Source: Candidatus Dadabacteria bacterium | GTDB taxonomy: Bacteria > Desulfobacterota_D > UBA1144 > Nemesobacterales > CSP1-2 | Assembly (NCBI GenBank): GCA_963805855.1 | Contig: CAWDVW010000002.1 | Coordinates: 448,001-512,000, forward strand | Length of the DNA: 64,000 nt | Direction: 5' to 3' | In this document: in pieces, positions 9,249 to 17,316 of the stretch | Layout: every line of letters starts with the position of its first letter | Position numbering within the stretch: the stretch's first letter is position 1 | Program-made: the position numbers and the translations under genes | The notes under the pieces: model-generated | The model's database searches: none | Told to the model about the DNA's origin: nothing | What the model saw: only the letters and a program-made list of their open reading frames with translations

Positions 9249-10064
9249 CTATGCGCTGGCTAGCTTCTTACTTTCTTTCTCCTTAACATCCCTAAAAATA
9301 TCGTGCGCCTGTTTGGGTTTTAGGCCCTCATGAACTATTGAACGTATAGCCCTGATCATAGCCACCGGATGATCGTTTTGCCATATGTTTCTACCCATAT
9401 CTACACCAACAGCCCCCTGCTGTAGGGCATTGTAAGTCATATCGAGCACGTCCATCTCAGTTTCTAATTTTGGCCCACCAGCAATTACAATAGGAGCAGG
9501 ACAGCCAGAAGTGACTTTTTCAAAATCCTCACAGTAATAGGTTTTGACTATATGTGTGCCCAGCTCTGCGCAAATCCTGCAGCAAAGTGATAGAAATCGC
9601 GCATCTCTTTTCTCGAGTTCTTTGCCCACAGCAGTGATTCCCAAAACGGGGATTCCATACTCTTCGCCAGTGTTCACTAGCTCCGCAAGATTCAGTAGCG
9701 TTTGCCGTTCATGTTCAGTTCCAACAAATACCGAAATCCCGATTCCGGCAACATTAAGCCGTATCGCATCTTTAATTGAAGTTGTAATCCCCTCATCCGA
9801 AAGAGCAGGACCAATTATACTAACCCCCCCCGATACCCTTAAAACCACGTTTGTCGCCGACTTAGGATCAACAGACGTTCTCAATACACCCCTTGTTAAC
9901 ATAATCGTATCCGCGTAGGGCAATAATGGCTCAATCGTCTTTCTAGGCTCTTCTATCCGATGGGTCGGTCCTAAAAAGTAACCGTGATCTAGAGCAAGCA
10001 TAACAGTACGGCCGGTGTTAGGGTTGATGATTCTGGCCATTCGATTTTCCATACCCCAGTCCAT
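9249..10064 (-). CDS. lsrF: LsrF family thiolase / DhnA-type class I aldolase
   Basis: MDWGMENR, LALDHGYFLGP, KTYY, VIAGGPK, GVDMGRNIWQ. Confidence 0.9.
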   Translation of the reverse strand: MDWGMENRMARIINPNTGRTVMLALDHGYFLGPTHRIEEPRKTIEPLLPYADTIMLTRGVLRTSVDPKSATNVVLRVSGGVSIIGPALSDEGITTSIKDAIRLNVAGIGISVFVGTEHERQTLLNLAELVNTGEEYGIPVLGITAVGKELEKRDARFLSLCCRICAELGTHIVKTYYCEDFEKVTSGCPAPIVIAGGPKLETEMDVLDMTYNALQQGAVGVDMGRNIWQNDHPVAMIRAIRSIVHEGLKPKQAHDIFRDVKEKESKKLASA

Positions 10065-10267
10065 TTTCAGTCACCTCTCATCTGTTTTTTGAAAAAACTT
10101 TAAAATAAGGAGGTTCAAATGTCAACCTAAGCGATTTGCGACTAGGAGCACCGTACCATCATCACAGGAACGCCAGTACAGTGGAAATGCGAGTTCTCTC
10201 ATGCCGCAAAGTAGGGTTTTAAAAAGTCCACACTTCGACTCTGCTCTGTGAACGGAATATTCTAAGC

Positions 10268-10377
10268 CCGATACACGACAAACGAAACCGTGATGCATCA
10301 TGGATCCTGCATCGTGAATCATGCATCTTGAATCATGGATCCTGCATCGTGAATCATGCATCATGAATCATGCGACA
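10268..10377. repeat. Heptamer tandem repeat (TGNATCN x11-12) overlapping the bioF stop
   Basis: tgcatca tggatcc tgcatcg tgaatca tgcatct tgaatca tggatcc tgcatcg tgaatca tgcatca tgaatca from 10294; degenerate inverted heptamers at 10268-10289. Confidence 0.85.
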
Positions 10378-11545
10378 TGGAATCATAGGCAGCCTTAAAA
10401 GCGCTTAAGGCCTTTTCAATTTGCTCCTCAGTATGCGTCGCCATCAAGGTTGCTCTTATACGGCATTTACCCGGCGGCACGGACGGAGGCCGGACAGCAG
10501 GGGTATAAACCCCATTTTCTCTTAACCTTAGCGCAAAACCCAAGGCCGGTTCTGCTTCACCGATCAAAACTGGGACTACAGCTGAATAAGAAGGAAGTAC
10601 TTTGAGACCAATCTGTTCGAGTCCCAGCTTGAATTCCTTGATAACCCTCCAAAGGTATTCTCTTCGCTCCGGTTCATTCTCGATCATATCTATCGCCGCT
10701 AATGACGCGGCAAGGCAGCTCGCGGGTAGAGAGGTATCGAAAATGTAACTCCTAACCCTATTTCTTATAAAATCTATTAATCTGCTACTTCCGGCAATGT
10801 ATCCGCCAAGTGATCCGACCGCTTTAGACAGCGTACCCATGACTACCGGGACCCGGTCTTCTATTCCAAAGTGTTCCGTAGCACCACTTCCCCTGTTGCC
10901 CAGCACACCTGTGGCGTGCGCTTCATCGATCATGAGCATACATCCATTCTTCTCTGACATTTCCACTATTTCAGGTAGGGGGGCAAGATCCCCGTCCATA
11001 CTGAAAACGGTATCCGTAACTATAAGTTTTTTATTACACAAGTTTTTATCTGATTCAAGAATTGATTTTAAGTGCGCAATGTCACAGTGTTTATAAACCC
11101 TTATTTCCGCTTTAGAAAGCCTGCACCCGTCAATTATCGAAGCATGGTTCAGTTCATCACTGTATACAATGTCGCCCGGGCCAACTAGAGAAGAGATCGT
11201 CCCAACATTCGCAAGATATCCTGTGCTAAACAGAATTGCGGATTGGGTTTTTTTGAACTTGGCTATTCGTTCTTCAAGCTGCCTGTGCAGGTCTGTGCTT
11301 CCACTTACTAGGCGTGATCCGCCCGAGCCGGCTCCATATTTCTCTAAAGCTTCCATTGCAGCTTTTTTTACTTTAGGATCAACGCTGAGACCAAGGTAAC
11401 TGTTAGATGATAAGAGGATATAGACTTTTCCATCTATTTCGATCTCAGGGGATTGTCCAGTCTCGAGCTCAGTAAGTACTCGAAACAGGTCTTCGTCTCT
11501 TATGTTTTTTAACTCCTCTTCAATCCACAAAAGCGGGTTTTGCAT
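10361..11545 (-). CDS. bioF: 8-amino-7-oxononanoate synthase
   Basis: SSNSYLGL, GSGGSRL, DELNHASIIDG, FSMDGD, DEAH, GTLSKA, RPPSVP. Confidence 0.95.
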   Translation of the reverse strand: MQNPLLWIEEELKNIRDEDLFRVLTELETGQSPEIEIDGKVYILLSSNSYLGLSVDPKVKKAAMEALEKYGAGSGGSRLVSGSTDLHRQLEERIAKFKKTQSAILFSTGYLANVGTISSLVGPGDIVYSDELNHASIIDGCRLSKAEIRVYKHCDIAHLKSILESDKNLCNKKLIVTDTVFSMDGDLAPLPEIVEMSEKNGCMLMIDEAHATGVLGNRGSGATEHFGIEDRVPVVMGTLSKAVGSLGGYIAGSSRLIDFIRNRVRSYIFDTSLPASCLAASLAAIDMIENEPERREYLWRVIKEFKLGLEQIGLKVLPSYSAVVPVLIGEAEPALGFALRLRENGVYTPAVRPPSVPPGKCRIRATLMATHTEEQIEKALSAFKAAYDSMSHDS

Positions 11546-11629
11546 GCCTATATTTTAATCGAACGATATATCAATGGTTAATAAATAACCACGTATGAAT
11601 TTAATAATCAATTTAAACGACAAAGAATT

Positions 11630-11688
11630 GTAGCGCCCGTTCCCCGAACGGGGATTATTGATGGACTGATGAGGGCATCAGTCCCTAC
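11630..11688. repeat. GTAG-type REP doublet between bioA and bioF
   Basis: GTAGCGCCCGTTCCCCGAACGGG ... GGACTGATGAGGGCATCAGTCCCTAC. Confidence 0.7.
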
Positions 11689-11708
11689 ATTTTTTCTGCG
11701 GAAATAAC

Positions 11709-13064
11709 TTAGGTTTCAGTCGCCTCTTTAATCGCTTTGTATGTCACATTGAGTAGCTTTTTTAGGTGTTCAATATCTATCCCCAATGGGGGCATTAAGA
11801 CCACCACGTTTCCGAGCGGACGAATGAGAACCTCGTTTTGGATGGCAATCTCGGCGACCTTCCACCCCATTTTCTTTGAAAGCTCATACGGTTTTTTCGT
11901 CTCTTTATCTTCAACAAGCTCAATACCGGCCATAAGCCCCTTGTTTCTTACGTTCCCTACATGCTTTAGTCCCTCAAATTCCTTGAGCTCCTGCTCAAAG
12001 CATTCGATTTTTTCTTGCAGATACTCTAGGGTTTTATATTTCTTGAAAACTTCTAAATTCCCAAGAGAGGCGGCGCAGGATATTGGGTTTCCGGCATAGC
12101 TGTGTCCATGAAAAAATGTCTTAAATTCCTCATAATCACCCAAAAAGGCATCATATACCTTTTGATTTGTGATCGTTGCCGAGAGCGGAAGATAGCCTCC
12201 GGTCATACCCTTTCCCAGGACCATTATGTCAGGCGTAACTCCCTCATGCTGGCATGCAAACATCTCCCCGGTTCTGCCGAATCCGGTCGCTACCTCGTCA
12301 AGTATCATGAGGACATCATATCTGTCACAGTATTCCCTGATCATCTTCAGATAACCCTCTGGCGCAACGATCATGCCTCCAGCCGCCTGTACGTATGGTT
12401 CAAGAATTACGGCACAAACCTCATCGTGATGTGCCTTTAAAATGTTTTCGATCTCTTTCGCGCAAGCGATTTCACACGAAGGATACTCTTTCCCTAAAGG
12501 GCATCTATAACAATAATATGAAGGGGCTTTGTACGTTTCGAAAAGTAATGGCTTAAAGGTTGAGTGGAATAAATCTATTCCGCCAACCGACACCGCGCCG
12601 AGCGTATCTCCATGGTACCCATTCTCGAGGAACACAAACTTTGTCTTTTCTGGCTTACTATTATGCTGCCAGTATTGGAATGACATCTTAAGCGCCACTT
12701 CGACAGCGCTTGCTCCATCACCTGAATAAAAGACCCTTTTCAACCCCGGGGGACATATATCGATCAGTTCTTTGGCAAGTTCTACTGCTGGAGGATTTGT
12801 AGCCCCAAGTAATGTACTGTGGCTAAGTTTATCCACTTGCTCTTTTATTGCTCTATCTATTTCAGGAACTTTATGGCCGTGAATATTAACCCAAAGAGAC
12901 GATACGCCATCAATGTATTTCTTGCCCTCGGTATCGTAAAGATAAACCCCTTCTCCTCCCTCAATAACAATAGGATCGGTTTCCTCGTACTCCTTCATCT
13001 GTGTGAACGGGTGCCACAAAAACTCCCTGTCATACGCGCCCAATTTCTTCGTCTTATCAGCCAT
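11709..13064 (-). CDS. bioA: Adenosylmethionine-8-amino-7-oxononanoate aminotransferase
   Basis: LWHPFTQM, SSLWVNIHGH, YHGDT, DEVATGFGRTG, LGKGMTGGYLP, FHGHSY. Confidence 0.96.
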   Translation of the reverse strand: MADKTKKLGAYDREFLWHPFTQMKEYEETDPIVIEGGEGVYLYDTEGKKYIDGVSSLWVNIHGHKVPEIDRAIKEQVDKLSHSTLLGATNPPAVELAKELIDICPPGLKRVFYSGDGASAVEVALKMSFQYWQHNSKPEKTKFVFLENGYHGDTLGAVSVGGIDLFHSTFKPLLFETYKAPSYYCYRCPLGKEYPSCEIACAKEIENILKAHHDEVCAVILEPYVQAAGGMIVAPEGYLKMIREYCDRYDVLMILDEVATGFGRTGEMFACQHEGVTPDIMVLGKGMTGGYLPLSATITNQKVYDAFLGDYEEFKTFFHGHSYAGNPISCAASLGNLEVFKKYKTLEYLQEKIECFEQELKEFEGLKHVGNVRNKGLMAGIELVEDKETKKPYELSKKMGWKVAEIAIQNEVLIRPLGNVVVLMPPLGIDIEHLKKLLNVTYKAIKEATET

Positions 13065-13091
13065 AGTAATGACTCAGCGCAAAATTAACCA

Positions 13092-13189
13092 GGATCCACG
13101 ATGCATGATGCACGATTCACGATGAACGAGAGGTCAATAATATCCTGGATCCTGCATCATGTGCATCCTGTACCATGCATCTTGCATCA
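13092..13189. repeat. Inverted heptamer-repeat element (NGATNCA arm / TGNATCN arm)
   Basis: ggatcca cgatgca tgatgca cgattca cgatgaa, spacer, tggatcc tgcatca .. tgcatcc tgtacca tgcatct tgcatca. Confidence 0.8.
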
Positions 13190-13230
13190 ATTATGAGTGC
13201 GCTCTGTGGCTCAAGCAATAAAGCTTGGAG

Positions 13231-14220
13231 TTAATTGTTGATATCTTTTCTGACCGGGAGTTCCAGATCGTCCAGCATTCTTAGATCTTCTTCGGGAGAA
13301 CGACCGGGTGTCGTTAGGTAATTTCCAAGTATCATAGCATTCGCTCCTGCCATCAAACCCATAGCCTGTAAGTCCCGGAGGGTTACTTCTCTCCCCCCAG
13401 CCGTCATCAGAATCTTATCTGGAAGAATCAACCTGAAAATCGAGATAGTTTTAACAGCTTCTAAGGGATGTAGCATCTGACGATCAGCAAACGGGGTTCC
13501 AGGCCTTGGGTTTAAAAAGTTAATTGGAACCCATGTTGGATTTAGTTCTCGCAGTTCAAACGCAAGTTCCAGCCTCTGCTTCATTGACTCCCCCATACCA
13601 AGAATACCTCCACAGCAAAGGTGCATTCCCGTTTGTTTTACGAGTAAGGCCGTTTTCAGCCTATGATCATATGTATGTGTAGTACAGATATTCGGGAAAT
13701 AACTCCTGCAGGTTTCGAGATTGTGGTTGTATCTCCACACGCCATGATCCCTAAGGGTATATGCCTGTTCCTCCGTGAGATCGCCAAGAGAGCATCCGAC
13801 TTTGAGATTTGTTTCTCTCAACAAAAGATCCACTGCTTCCAAAACTTTACTAAATATTCTTGGTGTTGGCCCTCGAGAACTGATTACGATGCAAAAATCC
13901 ATCGCACCCATCTTTTCGGCCTGTTGAGCAGCCTTTAGTATCCTCTCAGCAGCCATCAGTGGATGCGCTTGAACCTCTGTATCGAAATGCGCTGATTGAG
14001 AGCAGAACGAACAGTCTTCAGGACAATTGCCGGTCTGTGCGCTTATGATGGAACGCAAGAACACTCCGTCACCCTTATATTTAAGAGTAACCTTTCTTGC
14101 TAATGAAATAAGGTCTGGCACTTCCGGTTTCGGAAGCTCAGTTAGCGTAACCGCCTCTTCGAATGTTATCGGTTCTTCTCTCTCTAATAGCTTTTCTCTT
14201 ACTATGTCTAATGTATTAAT
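13231..14220 (-). CDS. bioB: Biotin synthase (radical SAM); probable non-canonical ATT start at 14220
   Basis: CPEDCSFCSQSAH, YNHNLET, LCCGGILG, NYLTT; frame stays open and BioB-like for 33 codons upstream of the track's GTG (14121). Confidence 0.93.
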   Translation of the reverse strand: MNTLDIVREKLLEREEPITFEEAVTLTELPKPEVPDLISLARKVTLKYKGDGVFLRSIISAQTGNCPEDCSFCSQSAHFDTEVQAHPLMAAERILKAAQQAEKMGAMDFCIVISSRGPTPRIFSKVLEAVDLLLRETNLKVGCSLGDLTEEQAYTLRDHGVWRYNHNLETCRSYFPNICTTHTYDHRLKTALLVKQTGMHLCCGGILGMGESMKQRLELAFELRELNPTWVPINFLNPRPGTPFADRQMLHPLEAVKTISIFRLILPDKILMTAGGREVTLRDLQAMGLMAGANAMILGNYLTTPGRSPEEDLRMLDDLELPVRKDINN

Positions 14221-14387
14221 TTCTATACCCCCCAGGAATCACAGGTTAATTCATTTAACTGAAAGCATAATTCTTGTCAACTTTAGGATGAATCCAACCC
14301 TATAAGTAAACTTCAAGCTGATTAAGCGGCGCCCGAAAAATTTTCTCTTAGTCTACCCTTAGAAAGATGAGCACGCTGCTCCGATAC

Positions 14388-15977
14388 TTATCTTAATGGA
14401 TCCACGAGGACACCGGGATTTAAAATTCCAGCCGGGTCGAGGACTCTCTTGGCTGATTCAAGAATGCGTCCGAAACCCTCGGGCCGTTGTTTCAGATACC
14501 ATTCTCTATGATAGCGACCAACCGCGTGATGATGAGTAATAGTTCCACCGAGTCTGAGGAAGGCTTCCGATATGGCCGACTTTATCTCCTGACCCATTTC
14601 CAACAGACTGCCCTTCTTTCCTGGAGCGGTTATCGAATAGTAAGGCGCAGGCCCGTCAGGATATGCATAGGTGAATCTGCACGAAACAAACCCGCCGCCA
14701 CAAACCCTTTCCATTACCCGTTTTGCTTCACTCATTACCGACTGATGAAATTCTGGAAATCGATCCCATGTTATTGCACTCTCATAAGTCTCCGTGATCA
14801 TACCCATCGCGATTAACGCCTCCCAGATATATGGCATTCTAATAAATGCCTCCCGCCATGCATTAACCATGCCAGACCGATCCTCTTCTCGCTCTGGGAT
14901 CGTACCGCCATGATCCTGGCAACATTCAAGGGCGCGTTTTATCCATGCGTCTAGGGTATGATCAGCGGACTCAAATCCAAGTACCATAACGGCGACAGAT
15001 CCGTCAGCAACTCCATTAAACCATGCCTCACCGGCGTCCAGAATTCTAATATTCGAGGGATAAAGCCCGGCCTGAGAAATTGCCCTTACCGCCTCTGAAG
15101 CCGAGAGAAAATCGGGGAATGTCAACGCTGCATTTTCACGGAATTTAGGTCGGTGCTGAAGACGCATCCAGGCAGATGTGATGACTCCCATGGCCCCCTC
15201 TGACCCGATGAAAAACCTATCCGGACTTGGCCCCGCCCCTGACCCAGGCAGTCGGCGTGTTTCAATAGTTCCGGTCGGGGTAATGATACGTAAGCTTTCG
15301 ACAAAGTCATCGATATGCGTGTAAAGAGTTGCAAAATGCCCGCCGGAGCGTGTTGCAATCCAGCCGCCGAGAGTAGAGTACTCGAAGGACTGCGGGAAAT
15401 GACGTAGTGTCAAACCATGGGGACGAACGCCATTCTCCAAGGCCGGTCCGTAGATGCCGGCCTGTATATTTGCTGCTCGAGATATACTGTCTACCTCTAG
15501 TACCTTGTCCAGCCCTTTCATATCGATTGTTACAACACCTTTATAAGCGTCTCCAACATCGGGTTCGGTACCCTTGACCACGCTCGAACCGCCCCCGTAT
15601 GGTATGGCTGCAATCCCCTCGGATGAACACCAGTCAAGTACATCAATAATGTCCTGTTCGGTCTCCGGAAACGCTACCAGGTCCGGAGCGATCGAAAAAT
15701 CCCTTTGATAGGCCCTCACTAAATCGGGAAATCCTTTACCATATGTGTGTGAAGCACGCTCGAATGGTTCAATTGAAAATATGGACGAAAGGCTGCGAGG
15801 CGGTTCTATTCTTGACCTTGGGAGATCAAGTTCTTCCAGCCGGGGAGGTGGCGTTACTTCCAGCCCGCTTAAAGAGAATTGTTCTTCCATCCTCTTAGCC
15901 AAATCGCTCTTCTCTTGAGGGCTGATATCGGCCTCCTCTATGCCCCATCCCCAGAATTTTCTATGCGTGTTAGCCAT
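14388..15977 (-). CDS. FAD-linked oxidoreductase, alkyl-DHAP synthase (AGPS)-like
   Basis: PYGGGSSVV, HFPQSFEYSTLGGWIATRSGG, GSEG, TITHHHAVG, DPAGILNPG. Confidence 0.88.
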   Translation of the reverse strand: MANTHRKFWGWGIEEADISPQEKSDLAKRMEEQFSLSGLEVTPPPRLEELDLPRSRIEPPRSLSSIFSIEPFERASHTYGKGFPDLVRAYQRDFSIAPDLVAFPETEQDIIDVLDWCSSEGIAAIPYGGGSSVVKGTEPDVGDAYKGVVTIDMKGLDKVLEVDSISRAANIQAGIYGPALENGVRPHGLTLRHFPQSFEYSTLGGWIATRSGGHFATLYTHIDDFVESLRIITPTGTIETRRLPGSGAGPSPDRFFIGSEGAMGVITSAWMRLQHRPKFRENAALTFPDFLSASEAVRAISQAGLYPSNIRILDAGEAWFNGVADGSVAVMVLGFESADHTLDAWIKRALECCQDHGGTIPEREEDRSGMVNAWREAFIRMPYIWEALIAMGMITETYESAITWDRFPEFHQSVMSEAKRVMERVCGGGFVSCRFTYAYPDGPAPYYSITAPGKKGSLLEMGQEIKSAISEAFLRLGGTITHHHAVGRYHREWYLKQRPEGFGRILESAKRVLDPAGILNPGVLVDPLR

Positions 15978-15994
15978 CGTATATTTCTGCCCTC

Positions 15995-17182
15995 CTAGTC
16001 AAAGTCAGCGTATATTTCGCCGAAGTTTATCGTAGAAATATAAGAACCCTCATATTTTTCCTTATTTGAAATTATTGATTTATGTAGCTCTTTACTGCTA
16101 GCACCATTCTGGACCGCAGTGTAAGCCTCTATGAAAGCCGCAAGATCATCCAGCGCTTTAATTAGCTCTCCATCTCTAGGATTAAAGTCATCCTGATTAT
16201 ATTTCACGCCTATCTCCTGGCTAGCAACCCTCCTTCTCCTTCCATTTACAGTCACAATATTCTCGAATTCATTTTCCGTAAACATCCTGATTTCCGAATG
16301 AAAACTCTTTGGAATTAATCCGTAAACCTCATTCTCCATCTGCTCCTTTTCGTATTCTTTTATCAGATCGCTCAAACCTTCTATTGATCTCTTCACCGGC
16401 GATATTATATCTCTCGTAAGAACCTCCGGAAGATCATGAAATAGTCCAGTGAAGTAATTATTGAAGCATCTCCTTTCACAAGCTCCTATCTTCAATGAAA
16501 ACAGGTAAGACAGTATCGCTACGAACAACGTATGTCCCAATACCGACGTCTTCGGTATCCTGTGAAGATGTGCCCACCTGGTTTGAAATCTCAGTTGTCC
16601 GCACAGGTCAATAAAATCTTTATAGCTTTTATGCTTTTTCAATTGCCCCATGCCTTTCAAATCGTGGTACCTCTCTTCTTTCAATTTCAAATCTTCTCTG
16701 ATCATGTCAATCTCATACCCGTTGGGGTCAGCGCGTTCTATTATGTCAAACTCCCACTTTGAAGCGTAAAAATGGGAGGCGTATAAGATCCTTCTATTTA
16801 TACCATCTGCAGTACCGGCAAAATAATCCCTGAATCTCCCGCAAAACTCCGAACCTAACGGTGCTATAAAAGGCTCAAGCTCCTTAAAAACCCAATCGTT
16901 TAGCAGCTTATACTTACTGGGATCTTCTTTTATTCTATAAAAAATAGGCGGTTTCAGGTCGGTCACTACAATACGTTGTAGAAGTTCGAATAACCCACCC
17001 TCAATTATGTCAATCCAATTGAAATCGGGGGTTCTCTCTTCAAACTTTCCGAGAAAATATGCGATTATCATTTTATGAGCCTGTTTGTCTAACTCTATGA
17101 ACTCTATAGGACGGAGATGGTCATTCCATCTGTGCATGTAGGCGGCATCAAATATCTTTAAAAGCAAGGCCTTCCTTATCAT
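15995..17182 (-). CDS. HD-domain protein with tandem YfbR-like HD modules
   Basis: RWNDHLRP..ELDKQAHK and RW...SVLGH...FHDLPEVLTRDIISPVK. Confidence 0.85.
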   Translation of the reverse strand: MIRKALLLKIFDAAYMHRWNDHLRPIEFIELDKQAHKMIIAYFLGKFEERTPDFNWIDIIEGGLFELLQRIVVTDLKPPIFYRIKEDPSKYKLLNDWVFKELEPFIAPLGSEFCGRFRDYFAGTADGINRRILYASHFYASKWEFDIIERADPNGYEIDMIREDLKLKEERYHDLKGMGQLKKHKSYKDFIDLCGQLRFQTRWAHLHRIPKTSVLGHTLFVAILSYLFSLKIGACERRCFNNYFTGLFHDLPEVLTRDIISPVKRSIEGLSDLIKEYEKEQMENEVYGLIPKSFHSEIRMFTENEFENIVTVNGRRRRVASQEIGVKYNQDDFNPRDGELIKALDDLAAFIEAYTAVQNGASSKELHKSIISNKEKYEGSYISTINFGEIYADFD

Positions 17183-17316
17183 TTATCCTCATACTTATAC
17201 CACCGCTGGTATCGTTCAGTCAACCTTTTGAAAAATCTCTCTTCGTGATGATTTGTAACGATAGATAAGGTAATATTTGAATAACCAATCATATTTATCA
17301 GTCCTGGAGGAAAGAG

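Noticed and set aside
10122-10364. 80-aa ORF MMHDSRCRIHDSRC...
   Set aside because: Translation of the heptamer repeat; no protein features
10294-10377. Possible CRISPR array
   Set aside because: 7-bp tandem units without unique spacers; no cas genes in the window
14274-14312. BirA operator upstream of bioB
   Set aside because: One good half-site (TTGTCAAC, also a -35 on the minus strand), but the second half-site and spacing do not fit; unsupported without a motif search
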